64,000 nt of DNA from Octopus sinensis (GCF_006345805.1 NC_043009.1:39680001-39744000); one strand, 5' to 3'. Positions 26,778 to 41,991 are shown, counted from the first letter of the stretch. Program-made: numbers and translations. Notes: a model not told the origin generated them from the letters alone.

Positions 26778-27714
26778 ACTCTCTCTCTATCTATCTATCA
26801 GTCTATCTATCTATCTATTTATCTATATATATATCTATCTATCTACCTATCTCTCTCTTTATCTATCTATCTATCCATCTCTGTCTGTTTCTCTGTCTCT
26901 TCACCTCTCGCTCTCTCTCTCTCTATATGTATATATTATCAAGTCTTTCTAAACCTGTCACTAAAGGATATCCCCCCTAACGAATAGAACTGAATACATA
27001 TATATATATATTTACAATGCATATACGTATATTAGAAAAGATTTGTGTATGCATATATGTCCGTAAAGTTTACATAAAATAGCGTATATTCGACCACATA
27101 ATTCGTGCAGCGTTGACTCCATACAAATGAACGAAGTCTGTTACTTCCTAAGAGAAATATTTATAGCTCTATAAATGTACAATTATCAAGTGCATATTCG
27201 TGTTTGTAAATGCAAACATGGATTTTCGTGTACGTATATTAGTGCATTGAGAAATAATACTTTCAGGACACACCTAAAAACTACCATCACATTCTAATCA
27301 ACTCTATTATTCAAAGCATCATTCTTTGATACTATGGCTGGTAAATGCGATACAAATGTCTAAAATGTATCTGAATTCAGAGAAAACCTGTACGAGCAAG
27401 TTTCATTCATTTATTTATTTATTTATTTACTTATATTATTCAGCAGATATTTTATTCATATTGTTCCCTTACATTGCAGTTTATAGATTAATGTTTAAAT
27501 ACAAACCCGTTAATCTGTGTATTGCAACAGGAGCGCCTGAAAGGAGTTTTCGCTTGTCCTTTCCTCTAGCAAACACAGAAGGAACGCACCACATATCGAC
27601 AGTAATCCAATGATCTTTTAGATTGATACTGCAAAGGTGCATTTAATCAAACACACACAGATTCCTGCACGCACAGACGCAGGAAACACACGCATATGTC
27701 CATCTGTCTATATC

Positions 27715-27777
<63 letters not shown>

Positions 27778-27779
27778 AT

Positions 27780-27862
<83 letters not shown>

Positions 27863-27944
27863 TTTATACATATATATTTGTATATATGTATGTGTATTTA
27901 TGTGTATGTATGTATATATATATACATACATATATATATATATT

Positions 27945-27989
<45 letters not shown>

Positions 27990-28206
27990 GCATGCTTATG
28001 TATGTATATTTGTGTGTGTATATGTGTATGCATATACATACATCTGTGTGCGTTTCTGTACATCTATCTATTTATCTTTCCATTTGTCTGTCTCACTCTG
28101 TCACTCTCTCTTCCAACACACACACACACATATATATATTTATACAAAAACATTTATACATATATACACACACGTATATATACACCTATTATGCGTATAT
28201 ATACAC

Positions 28207-28296
<90 letters not shown>

Positions 28297-28809
28297 TATA
28301 TATACAGATATAATTATATATACATACATATAATTTCATACACGCACACAAGCACGCACACAGAGACACATACGCACGTATATACAAAAGTGTGTGCGCG
28401 TGCATGTGTGTGTGTGTGTGTGTGTGTACGTGGATAGAGATCGATTGATAGGTAGACAGATATTGGCACGAATATTTCGTTAGGCTCATTCATAGGCACA
28501 TATATTTCATACGTTTAGCAATTTATCTGTCAGATATATACATGCATGTATACAAGGAACTACAAACATTCTCCATCACCACCACCACCACCAAAACCAA
28601 CACCACCACCACCACTACCTCACACATTCACTTACACATGCATACAACGGGTCACACATACGCAGCATTCTTGTTTTGTAAAAACTTCACAAAAGAATTC
28701 CGTCCGCCATTGAATTCAGACCAACCTACATTAGTAATATCATGCAAGCAATGTCTGCAGATCTTCTTATAAAAAGCAACATATATCAATGTTTCGATGA
28801 TATAAACTT

Positions 28810-28855
<46 letters not shown>

Positions 28856-28909
28856 TATATACACACGTATATATATATATATTATATATACATATATATA
28901 TATATTATG

Positions 28910-28950
<41 letters not shown>

Positions 28951-28983
28951 TATATATATATTATATATAATATATATATATAT

Positions 28984-29043
<60 letters not shown>

Positions 29044-29225
29044 GATATATATATATATGCATATTTATATATATACATATATATAATATATATATATATA
29101 TACATCTATATACTATATATATACTATATATTATATATATAATATATATGTGTGTGTGTGTGCACGTATATATATATATATATATAATATATATATACAT
29201 GTAATGTAGTTGGGAATATATACAC
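26690..29225. repeat. (TATC)n and long (TA)n/(CA)n microsatellite blocks
   Basis: Direct reading (26690-26880, 27712-28330, 28810-29225). Confidence 0.95.
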
Positions 29226-29987
29226 ACGTAAATATTTGTTTGTTTATTTATACGTCCTTCAAGCTGAATCTGTTGATTACTGACTGGGGTGCTTTCGTCT
29301 CTACTTTCTACTTTTCTTCCTTCCTTTCTCTCTAGTTTTTAAAGTATTGATTAAATAGAATCAGACACAGAGCGGTTAATACTGGGAAATGAATAAGAAA
29401 TGCTATGGAATATATGAAACAGAAAAAAACGCTGATGTTTTCTTAGTAATATAATAGATATTAGAAACTAATATATCAAAAAATCTAAGGGAAGAATTTA
29501 AGGAACATTCGTCACGAAACGTCCATATTTAGCCAGTGTGCAAGGGAAGTAATTCGTGTGTTTATAAACCCTTAATACATAATGCGGCTGGTGGATTGTG
29601 TTTACTTCAAAATATTTCTTCGTTCGAAGAATTATTTATGAGATTATAATAGCAGATTAGAAAACTGTATACGTGTGAATTAAGGCAGGTTCTTTATCTT
29701 TTTCTTTTTAGTTGTTGCAGTTATTAGATTCTGCGGCCATGCTGGGGCACCACCTTGAAAAACTTTAGTCGTATATACATGGGTTTCGGTTTCGCTGCGT
29801 GTCACTCTAGGTATGTGCCTTCTTATATGGCTCCATGACAACCAATGCTTTCTGAGTGAAGTTCATGGACTTTGTTAACTAGTCTCCTTCTCACCCTCTC
29901 ATTGTATGTGTGCGTGTGCGCACACGTAACTGTGTATCCGTGCATGTGCGTGTGTGTATGTATGTAAGTATGTACGTATGTATGCGA

Positions 29988-30310
29988 AAGCGCGTGGTTT
30001 AGTGATTAGGTTATTCAGTTCACGATCATAGGGTTGTGAGCTCAATTCCCAGCGACGCGTTGTGTCCTTGAGCAGAACACTTTCTTTCACGTTGATCCAC
30101 TTCACTCAGTTGGCAAAAATGAGTTGTACCTGTATTTCAAATGGCCAGTCTGGTCACACTCTGTGTCACGCTGAATCTCCCTGAGAACTACATTAAGAGG
30201 ACACGTGTCTGTGGAGTGCTCAGCCATATGCAAGTTAATTTCAAGAGCAGGCTGTTCCGTTGAACGGATGAACTGGAATCCTCTTTGTTTTAACCGATGG
30301 AGTATCCTTA
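29988..30310 (+). mobile_element. Family D tRNA-derived SINE, near full length
   Basis: GCGTGGTTTAGTGATTAGG head, GAGCTCAATTCCC, TGTGTCCTTGAGCAGAACAC, 3' GCAGGCTGTTCCGTTGAACGGATGAACTGG. Confidence 0.8.
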
Positions 30311-30350
30311 TATGCATACGTACATACACACATACATGCATATACATATA

Positions 30351-30383
<33 letters not shown>

Positions 30384-30384
30384 A

Positions 30385-30428
<44 letters not shown>

Positions 30429-30609
30429 GGTGAGAGAGAGATACACACACACACACTGTATGTATAAAATTATAATGTAGAGTATCTGAGAGATACCACC
30501 ATGCTGAAAATAGCAGTTACAGCCTGACTCTAGACCCACATTAAATGTTCATATAGCACTAGGAGAGAAGACAAAGAGACAAAATAAACTAGCAAAAAAT
30601 TACTGGATA

Positions 30610-30668
30610 ATTCCAGATCCTGGATTTCTGGCTCTGCATAAGAAATGCTCTGCCTTCGTCAGTGGAAT
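30610..30668 (-). ncRNA. Minimal type-I hammerhead ribozyme motif (PLE-type)
   Basis: Minus strand: ATTCCA-CTGACGA-A-GGC(AGA)GCAT/TTCTT/ATGC(AGA)GCC-A-GAAAT-CCAGG-ATC^TGGAAT; stem I 6 bp, near-palindromic stem III. Confidence 0.8.
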
Positions 30669-30746
30669 ATACTCAGATAGCACATAAATACAAATATATA
30701 TATATATACTACATACGATATACTTACATACAAACACGTCATACAA

Positions 30747-30808
<62 letters not shown>

Positions 30809-30829
30809 AGAGAGAGAGAGAGAGATAAC

Positions 30830-30899
<70 letters not shown>

Positions 30900-31934
30900 T
30901 CTAAACTAAAATACTATATATTTATTTTAAGTGAGAAAATGCATACATTCATCTGTGTTAATTCTGATTGTTGTATAAATGATATTAATTAAGCGTGACA
31001 CGAGGTGAAGTTTTATAACGGATTTTTAATTTATGGTAAGAAAGCAATATATTTTACAACACATCTAATTAAACAACTTGATGAAGTGACTATAATACGA
31101 AAAAAAATTAGAAAAAGACCAGAAACATTCAGCAAGGCAATAAAAATTGCGCGAGCATAATACAAAAATGAGATAAATTATATAAATTAATATAAAAATA
31201 CGTAAACATACTATTAATTTATAAAGCAGGGAATCTTTCACTACTTAAAGGATTTAAGACAATATTTGAAGGGGAAAAATAAAAATATAAACGTTCGTGT
31301 TTTAATGGAATTGGTACAGATAGACAGGAAGAAAACTAGCTCGAAGACCAGAATTGGTGTTTTGTGTGATAATTTACAGCAGTAATACATTTGTGTGAAG
31401 AAGACTACCAGATTTTTTATATTGTGTTATAAAAGGATTGGCTAATATTAGAACAGTGTATGTTTCCAGGGTTTAAACGTAGATTCTAATTGCAAAACGT
31501 TGGCTTCTAGAATATATGTTTGTGAAAGGGAAGATGAAGATTTAGACGAATGATAAGAATTGATCTGAATTATAATTATGTGTATCGCATATATAAGTTT
31601 GTTCGTGGGGGAGCTGTCATTGAGTGGAGGTTAGATTTGGGATGAGAGAATAGGGATGTATTTCTATAAGAAATATAGTTAAAAGAGCAATCTTGATATA
31701 TAAATCTGCTTCATATATATAAATAGGTTTAATATAAATAGGCAATCATTTGAAGGTGGTTAAATCCAGCGTAGGGCAGGAGGTAAATATTGATAGAAGT
31801 TAGTGCAAATTACTGAACTAGATAAGTAATATTGCAAATTTTACTTGATAAACTATTTAGGTAGCTAATGTTGAAGTACAATACTTGATTTTTATATTCT
31901 GAAAGAAAGAAAAACGAAAAGAAAGAAAAGGACA

Positions 31935-32665
31935 TACGGGGTGGTATCAAAATGCTCCCCGACTAGTTTAGTAGCGCACACCAACAGATGGCAGTAAAAA
32001 CGTTTGCGTGTGCAGTGAGAGCTGGTAGTAACCTTCATGAGGTAGTGTTCCAAATGACATTGCTGTGTTTACTTCGGAAGTTGTGAAATTTGTGTTTTCG
32101 TGATCACGTGTATGCTGTAGTCTGTGATTTGGTTATGGGCAAGAACGAAGAGAGCCAACGTGAAATTTTGCGCTAAACTTGGTAAGTCTGCTACAGAGAC
32201 ATTGAGCATGCTTCGACAAGCTTACTGTGATGTGACAATAGGTAGTACTCTATCTTTAGAGTGGCACGGGCGCTTCAAAAACGGAAGAACGTCCCTGGAA
32301 GACGATGAGCGATCTGGAAGACCTACCACGAGCGTCAACCCCGGAAATGCAGGATTATGCATCGAGAATTTGTCCTTCACCAGAGCTAGACCATCAATCG
32401 AGAGTTCTACTGTGACGTTTGAAGTGTTTGGTGGTGGGGAACATTTGCCAAAGGCGATCGGATCTGTAGAGCGCGAAGAATTAGATTTTTACAACGACAA
32501 TGCTCCTTGTCACCGAGCTCTCCTCACTTGGGCGTTCTCGCCTAAAACAACATGATATCGCATCCGCTCTCACCTGCGATCTTCCATCTCTTCCCCAAAA
32601 TGAAAATGCGGCTCAAACGTCGCCGTTGTAACAACGTTGTCGAGAGCGAATAGCAGAAGATTCTG
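31935..32665 (+). mobile_element. Internally deleted, decayed mariner transposon
   Basis: TA plus TIR-like CGGGGTGGTATCAAAATG; ORF ANVKFCAKLGKSATETL...WHGRFKNGRTSLEDDERSGRP joined to GIMHREF...YNDNAPCH...FPKMKMRLK; right TIR not found. Confidence 0.9.
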
Positions 32666-32894
32666 GACATGCTTACTTTTCCGTCTTGCAGCACATACTC
32701 TCCCTTTCCATGGTTGCCCACACAAGAGAACTTCGAAATGAATTAGCAACAAGAACTTGTCCTCCAAACGTCGTTCTTTACGCCTGGCTCTGGCGATTTT
32801 AACATGTTAAATTTGTTAGCATATTTATACCAGCTACAATGAAATGCTGTGATTATACGCATCGGATATACATATATAGATGGCTATCTGTCTG

Positions 32895-32975
<81 letters not shown>

Positions 32976-33142
32976 TTATCTATCTGTCTGTTTATCTATC
33001 GATCTATCTATATATATATACATACACGCGCGCACACACACACACACATACACACACATATATATATATATATACATGTACATATATATATACACCTGTA
33101 TACATCATTATATATATCTATATACAAACATATATATATATA

Positions 33143-33173
<31 letters not shown>

Positions 33174-34089
33174 TGTATGTATGTATGTATGTATGATGTA
33201 TGTATGTATGTATGTATATAATTGGATGCCACGTAACGCTGCTGTCTTATGTGTCTTTTTATTTTGCAGAACAAAAATATCAGTTTTTCCTATGATTTTG
33301 ATATTGGTTTATAAAATAGGCACAGGGATACATATTTCAAAGCAATAGTCGATATTTCGATCTAAATACGTGGTACTTTATTCTATTGATTCTGGAAGGC
33401 TGAAAGCAATCATATTTTTTCCTGACATGTTTGCATGAGGAAATTTACAATGAAAACGTTCTCATCATATATCGCACTTGTATAAGAAGCATTGCCTATC
33501 CTTCTGCTTATAAATAACAGGTTTATACATGAAATTTACATTATTCTGGATTTATCTGGAGATATACTATTTAAAATAATAATTTTGCTTACATATTTTG
33601 CTACTTCAATGCGGCTATAATATTCCATAATTAGATCACAGGTCGTCATTTTAGTTTCAGAATATATGTAAGCACGTTTTTTAAACAAGAAACAACGACG
33701 ATTGACCGAGAATGTCTTAAACTGTTTTTAATTAAAATAAATGTCAGTCTTAACTTAGGTGTTCACTGAAAACCTAGAACAATTTGTCAGAGATAAACTG
33801 CATAATTTGTAAAATATAAAAGAAATTCTAGACGCGATTATTCCAGATAGTGGAATATTAATTAGACATAATTTTAATCATATAATTATTATTTTTGTGA
33901 GAGGAGGAACTCGCACTAATTCCAGTGTGTATATGAGTTTGACAACGCAAGAATAACGATGCACAACTAAATTCGTGGTTTGTTTAGTTTATTTTTCTCT
34001 TATTTCTAGTATCCCCAGTATTAAATATTAAAAAAAGGACCAGTACGCTCAGCTCACCTCTTCGTAGGAGTTGCAATCCTGAGTGAAGA

Positions 34090-34615
34090 AAAGAATAAGA
34101 TTGGATGCCTAGCAGTTCGAATATCGTCAGGCTCTCACTGCTCACATCCAGTTGAGCAAGCGCTCGGCAGAAGTTCTACGTTAGCAATATATAGGAATCT
34201 ATTGGTGGATAAGAGCGATACCGTGCTCAGAGAAAGTCTGGCAAGGATGAAATAGCTGGTCAGTTTCGGGGATTTTCGTGCCCAGTAACTACCACGGATA
34301 CCTTCCAGAAATCCTTGACCTAGCATTGCTACCGACAAGCACAGCCGGTTCGAGTTAAACTCTACTGACACAGTAGGGCTACCATGTGGGGCTGATCAAG
34401 ATGTGCGCAGAAAGACAAAGCTGTTTTGCACGCACTTGTACAGTTTCCGGGCATTGCTGACAGCTGTTATCGCGTGTGGGACAATTCTGACTATTGGCCG
34501 AATCTATCGTGTGGCACGCACGACCACTTACGGAGTAGAGCAAGCTGCGTTCCTCTGTCTAGCGCTGTGGCGAAAGAGGTTGTGTGGTGAACATCGCTGA
34601 AAGTATTGAGGAAAG
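34090..34615 (+). mobile_element. Tx1/L1-clade LINE ORF2 C-terminal (zf-RVT-like) pseudo-fragment
   Basis: Frame from 34291 reads TDTFQKSLT*HCYRQAQPVRVKLY*...RCAQKDKAVLHALVQFPG...AVAKEVVW*TSLK, the cysteine-rich C-terminal pattern of L1/Tx1 ORF2, with stops. Confidence 0.65.
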
Positions 34616-34639
34616 GTATCTTCCTCTTTGGTCAAGCCC

Positions 34640-34845
34640 TCTCTTTACTCTTTTACTCTTTTACTTGTTTCAGGCATTTGACTGCGGCCACGCTGGAGCA
34701 CCGCCTTTAGTCGAGCACTTATTCTTTGTAAGCCCAGTACTTATTCTATCGGTCTCTTTTGGCGAACCGCTAAGTGACGGGGACGTAAACACACCAGCAT
34801 CGGTTGTCAAGCAATGCTAGGGGGACAAACACAGACACATAAACC

Positions 34846-34889
<44 letters not shown>

Positions 34890-35045
34890 TACAACAGGCT
34901 CCTTTCAGTTTCCGTCTACCAAATCCACTCACAAGGCATTGGTCGGCCCGGGGCTATAGCAGAAGACACTTGCCCAAGATGCCACGCAGTGGGACTGAAC
35001 CCGGAACCACACCGCCACTCCTGCGCCTAGCAAGCTACTTACCAC
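34640..35045 (-). mobile_element. Family C SINE
   Basis: Reverse complement of the 11826 copy. Confidence 0.88.
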
Positions 35046-35298
35046 ACATTCACTTTCTATTCACTTTCTATTCACTTTCTATTCCCTTTGTCTACAACTA
35101 CTAAATCAGGCCTTCTAGTTTCCCTTACTCGGTTAGTCTGAACGTTACGATTCCACATTTTCTATTTCTTACTATCTAGCAATTTACTAGGTTCATATCA
35201 GTATGTTCAAATCATTGCATTATACATACTGGTGTTAGTTTATTTCGTTGGATAGTTGTTGTATAGAGTGTCTTGTATTTGTGGATTATTTTTGTTGC

Positions 35299-35358
<60 letters not shown>

Positions 35359-35912
35359 GAGGGAGAGAGCGGTGCATGCCATCAAAGTGACACTGGGGTA
35401 AAATATTCGAAGCCCAGTATACACATCATGACTACCCGTCTGATAAGGGTACACCAGACACATGCATCACAACCATATGTGCGTGACATGGTAATCTCAT
35501 AACAAGATAAACAGCACATGACCTTGCAGGTGGGGCCCAGTTAGAATTTTCTTCAGGTCGAGTAAACCATCCTGCTCAAAAGGTTCTTGAATAAGGTTTG
35601 TTTAAGGATGTTGAACGAAACACCCATGTTTCCGAGGTGAATTATCCATACCCCAAAGAATTCCTCTCAACACATAGCTATGATACTCCCCCACTACTTC
35701 TGCTCGTGATCAGAGATGCATATATTGTCAGCCACTAAGGGTCATGCTCAACTGGTTACGGTCAAGCACCTGACAAGCAAATCTGTGGTATTGAGCAGAA
35801 TATTTGCTGTAGCCAATCATTTATACCAAGACAAAACAATGTACATGATGACACTTCCAATCAGTTAAGATCAGAAGCCATGAGAGTCACAGCCTGGTAC
35901 TGCATCACAGCA
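35359..35912. mobile_element. 554-bp non-coding element inserted in a (TAA)n microsatellite (Dong/R4-like targeting, inferred)
   Basis: Unique sequence bounded directly by (ATT)n on both sides; no long ORF. Confidence 0.7.
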
Positions 35913-35970
35913 TTATTATTATTATTATTATTATTTATTATTATTATTATTATTATTATTGTTATTATTA

Positions 35971-36022
<52 letters not shown>

Positions 36023-36032
36023 CATCATTACT

Positions 36033-36079
<47 letters not shown>

Positions 36080-38111
36080 TGTTTATTATTGTTAATTTTA
36101 TATATTTAAACTGAAATAGAACCTTTATTAATTCCATTTTCGAAGTGGTGTATACATCAGTGTTTATTGAAAAAAAATTGTCGCAACTCGAGATATATTC
36201 ATTGTCTTTTTTTATAGAATTCAATAGTTAAATCCGTCATTAAGATAATAGCTGTTAATTACTTTACCTTTATCCCGTACACTCTGTCTACTCGAACAAT
36301 CAGTAAAATGTGTCAGAATTTGAAGGAAAAGTTCAATATACTCTAGTTGTGTATGAACCTTCATTTATCAGGAAAGAACTATATATGTCACCTTAAGAAA
36401 TTTATTGCTAAAATCTAAAATGGAAAGACGTGTGATAGATTTCAAAATGTATAAAACACTACTTTTCGCAGCATTCTACTCTCAGTTAATAAATATATTT
36501 GATTGCTCCGCCAGTTCGGAAAGTATTTCTACAGAATTGTCCAATACACACCCTATTCAAACTGAAATGTATATAAAAGATTCTGCCTAAATATCATTCT
36601 TTGTTTGACAACAGATTTTATTGCCAGGTTTCAGCTTATTCCAGCTAAAATTCAGAACCAAACCAATAACAATAACCGTCATTGACAGTTAGTGTATGTT
36701 TTGAATATTTATTCTTATTTCCATTGAAACACTCCAAAGATGATAATTTTGCCTGACTGTACATGGCATCACTACTACCGTTCCTTTACCAATAATTTCT
36801 TCCATCGTCACTTTGAAAAGGCTGTAATAAGCTTCTGTGGTTTATAATCGAATTTTGTTTTGTTTTTCTCTATTTTTTTGTGAGCATAGGGATAACTTTA
36901 TTATCACAATCTTACATCATTGTGATGAAGAGGCTTGTGTACCAAGAACAATGACACTAGTTGATTTGAATATAAATAAATAAACATTATTAAGAGTATG
37001 TGACATTAGCTGTTTGTCAGAGTGTAGGAGGTGTCATGTAAAATCTATCAGAGATTATGAAATCTTATGTTTCTAATTTGAATATTTACTTCATTTTGTA
37101 TAACTGTGTTGTAATTGAAAGTACTGAGAATTTTTTTTAGAAGATAGAAAAAATTATACATCATTTGTTGCATTAAATCAAAAATATAAACCAATGATCT
37201 CGAATATTCTATAGAGTAGTATTGAAACAGCTTCAGACAGATCTCCGAACACTTAAAATGCTTCCTTTTAAGCAAATATTTGATAAATCTGCTAAAATCT
37301 GATGATATTAAATTTCAGAATACAATGTTTAAAATTTGAATGTCGTCATTATTAGAGGCGCCTGTCCTCTCTATCTGACAAAATTAATGTGAGATATTTC
37401 ACACTTAAGTAAAAGGCGGAGGCTGGTAAACAAGCAATGGCATTTAATTTGCAGATCAGTCGCTTGGATTGCAATACGGTTCTAATTATCTAAAATGTAG
37501 CTCGAAGCAAAACTGTGTTGAAGAAAACAAAGAGGAATTCATATGGAGAGAAATTGGGATACGAAGCCAACTGACGGTTTTCTGCTATGCAAAGTTGGGA
37601 GAGATATTATAGGAAAGTTGAGCTCTAACTATTGCTGAAACGATAAATAAAGATGGGAAGAATACAGCAGCTGGCAGAAATCCAAAGGTCGAAGTGGACC
37701 TGTTAAAGTTTCTGTTAAGAATTGGCTCTATTCCAAATTCACCATATTCTGCAAGTATGGTTCTGCAGCTTCCAACTAACTTAATATATTCTATGTTTAA
37801 AATGTTACACCGAGCGATGGTGATGTTACATCATACAACGGAGAGGACAGGTCGATGGAAGATGTATGGGAGTTGGATATACAAATATGTTAATTTCGAT
37901 TCGACAAATAAAATTCCAATTTAATGCGCATGTCTACATCAAAATAATCATTATGGTATTTGGTCAACATAATTCGTTAATGATCTACAAAAATTCAGAA
38001 TGATGCCGTTGTATTACATAACAATTATTGGAACGAAGAAGATTTATATCAAGAGAAAATTATGCAGTAATACATATTAATATAAGAGGTTAATATTACA
38101 ACTAACGTGAA

Positions 38112-38330
38112 GGGCGGAGTGCTGACAGAATCCTTAATAATCCTGGCGTAATTGCTTAGCGGCATTTCCTATGTCTTTATGTTCTGGGTTCAAATTCTGC
38201 CGAGGTTGACAGTACTTTTCATCCTTTCGAGATTGATAAAATGCGGACCAGCTGAGCACTGGGCTTGATGTAATCTACTTTTAACCCCACTTCCGAAATT
38301 GCAGCCCTTGTGCCAACATTTGAAACCAAT
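38112..38330 (+). mobile_element. Family A SINE (tail B), decayed
   Basis: GTTCTGGGTTCAAATTCTGCCGAGGTTGAC...CCCTTGTGCCAACATTTGAAACC. Confidence 0.8.
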
Positions 38331-38627
38331 TTTACAACTAACGTAAAATATTCAACCTCAATCAAAAGTTGAATATGATGATATAAATTAACAGTACTTT
38401 CGAAAAGCTGTATTTCAATATACATACATACACACACATACTCTTTGCCTATGCAAATATGTATGTATGCATGTATGTATGTATGTATGTATGTATGTAT
38501 GTATGTATGTATGTATGTATGTATGTATTATGTATGTATGTATGTATGTATGTATGTGTATGTGTGTATGTGTGTGTGTTTGTAAGTATGTATGCATGTA
38601 TTATGTATGTATGTATGTGTGTATGAT

Positions 38628-38658
<31 letters not shown>

Positions 38659-39760
38659 GTGTGTATGTTTGTATGCAGGTATGTATGCATGCCTTTATGC
38701 ATGTATATATGCATGCATGCATGCAGGCATGCATATATGTATGTATGTATTATGTATATATGTGTGTATGAATGTATGTATGTGAACTTTAAGTTTGATA
38801 AAATATGCTTGAGACATATTTCAACTTCTAAGGGCAAATACACTGCAGTTACTATGGATAAAATTGTCTGTTATGGTAAAAGGTGTTAAAACACCATATC
38901 TGCACAGTTCTTCCCTCCTTCTGGCGGACCCCAGACGTGCGTGTCAACGTCTTTGTTTTTTCTCGATGGGAAATATAGAAAAGTGATAACCATGGGCAGA
39001 TTCAAAGTCGTAGCTCCGGAGAGAGAGAAAGAGAGAGAGAGAGAGAGGGAGAGAGAAAGAGAGAGAGAGACAGAAAGAGAGAGAGAGAGGTGGGGGATAG
39101 AGACATTGAAAAGAATCTCGGTGCTGGTGATGTTCCATGTAGAAAGAGATGAGTGGATTCCCATCTCTTAAATTTATAGTTGGTATTCATTTGCTGGGCT
39201 TAGAATTTCAATTCGACACACTCTGACTTACTATTTTAGATCCCTCTAACCATGAGAAATAAATATACCAGCCTTCTATATTCTCTCCGCCTATGATTTT
39301 ACATGTACATTGAATGCATAACTTGCATGTGGATTAATTCGATATACGATACTCTAAGATCCTTTTGCAGGTCAGAATTGATTACTACAAAATAGCATAT
39401 ACTGAGATATATTTCTAAATAGTATAACTTACATCACGATCCAGATCCTTTACCGAGATCAGGATATACAATGGGTTAAGTGATATTTTATCATTCGTAC
39501 ACCTTTGCTAAAAATTAACTTTCTCACAGAAAATGTTACGATTTAGAACTTCAAATTATTCAAACCGAACAAAATAGATTTTCTAGCACATTCAATCGCT
39601 TAGGCTTCGCTGAAGAGTGCATGCTTGCACGAAACCAGTTGTTTTAACGTCTGAAGAAATGATGATGCTCATACTAAGTGTTTATGTATCTAAGGTTTTT
39701 TCATGTATACTGAACATGAATCATGTATGTAGATCATACATGTGTGCATATATGTTTATG

Positions 39761-39800
<40 letters not shown>

Positions 39801-41028
39801 TGTGTGTATGTGTGTGCGTACTATCCATAATGAAATCTTCATAAAATCACATCTGTCATTATAAGAGCCCATTCGATAATGAGGTGCCAAATACACAGAA
39901 TGAAAACCAAACGTGTGACAGTCATGGCTGGAATGTTTATGATTGCAAGTATACGCGATATGGGCTGGCTTAGGTCTGAACAACACTCACAATAACATTA
40001 ATATTAGCATGGTCAAGGAAAACTTATGTTCTGTGTTAGGACTGCCATTAAACCATCTTGTAGGAAAGGAATGCTGTGAATTCCTAAAAAGCTGTTGGAT
40101 CTGGTAGTATAGAATAAATTTTCAGAGTACGTCTCAAACGGCTGACATAAATATTTACAAACATCTTTTCCGAAAACAAGGCGGAAAACGGACAAGATTC
40201 ACATTAATAGAAATAAGTGTTGTTTTAAAGAAAAACTAGAATTATAGCTTGCATTTACTATCTGCAAACAATAATATTCATTATTAAGTGTATTGCTATC
40301 TTCAGCAAATATACCCTATTAATTATTGAAGAAACTATTGTTTTAATTTTGTCTTCTTACACCATGATATTAAAATATCTAATTTCTTCCGTCTATATTT
40401 GGGGAGGTGGGAGTAGAATCTTAATATTCCCGCACTGATGCATGTATTCGGCAGTGGGAGGGCTTATTACAGATATTACATCTTATGAGGAAAGTTGAAC
40501 GCAATCAACAGCCCCAATATATATATATATATATATATATATTTATGTATGTATGTATGTATGTATGTATGTATGTATGTATGTATGTATGTATGTATGT
40601 ATGTATGTATGTATGTATGTATGTTGTTGCGTCTTTTAAATTATTGTCAGTCAGAAAACGGGCAGAGTCAACATCTATTGAGTATGTTGCAAGAAACAAC
40701 GAAAATTTTAGAAAATAATAGGAAATGAGTAGAAATCGAACCGGTGAGTGTGTTAATTAATAAGGCATTGTAAAAATCTGCAAAACTTAAAAGAAATTTA
40801 TTATATATGAGTATGTCTAGATATGTAAGTATATGCATGGGAATACATACGTAAAAACACAAATCTGCACATACATACATGTATACATACACACATACAT
40901 ACATACATACATACATACATACATACATACATACACACACACATACATACATACATACATACATACATACATACATACATACACACACACATACATACAT
41001 ACATATATACATAATACATACATACATA

Positions 41029-41140
41029 CAACAATATCCCGTTGTTGATGTTGAAATTCCAATGAAGGAACCTCGGATCTAGGTTAGAAACCGGTTCTTT
41101 CTCTATTGGCAAGAAATCATGAATTAAACTGAAGAATGAC
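41029..41140 (+). mobile_element. 112-bp mini-element embedded in (CATA)n
   Basis: Homologous to 14359-14470 with the same termini CAACA.TATCCC and TGAA.AATGAC. Confidence 0.7.
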
Positions 41141-41339
41141 ATACATATACAGATATATATGTGCCAACGCACGAAACTTCGAATCATGAGTCAGTCTGTT
41201 ACTTCAGTTAAATACTAATGAAAATATACGTAAACTCATATTTTGAGTTGCATATTTCCTGTTTGTATCAACATATGTATATCTGTCTAACTATATCTAT
41301 CTTTCTCTCTCTCCTCCATCCCCCCCCCTCTGTATAATA

Positions 41340-41348
41340 TATACTATA

Positions 41349-41401
<53 letters not shown>

Positions 41402-41906
41402 GATATATAATATAGTTATATGTATATATATATATATTATATGATAGTTATATATATATATTATATATAATATAATATATATATGTATAATGTATATATA
41501 CTATTATATATAGATATAGTATATAGGTATATATATATATATATATATATAGATATATAATATATATATATATAGATATATTATATATATATATATATAT
41601 TATAGATATATAGTATGTATAGATATGATGATATAGTTAGATATATAGTAGTATATAATGTATAGATATATATGTATAGATATAGGATTATGTATATATA
41701 TAATATATGATATATATGTATATATAGATATATATGTATATATATAGATATATATGTATATATATATATAAGGTATATTATATATATATAAGATATAGTA
41801 TATATATATATAGGTATTAGAATATATAGGTATGATATATATATATAGAGTATATAATATATATAGGTATATATATATATATGTATATATATATAGATAT
41901 ATATGG

Positions 41907-41938
<32 letters not shown>

Positions 41939-41991
41939 GATATATATATAGATATATATATATATAATATATATATATGTAATATATATAT

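Noticed and set aside
27637-29227. Long YI/IY ORFs (also at 42-43, 47, 50 and 56 kb)
   Set aside because: (TA)n translations.
39610-39645. CTGAAGA-GTGC/GCAC-GAAAC hammerhead half
   Set aside because: Core and stem II present, but no stem I partner in type I or type III topology; at most a relic.
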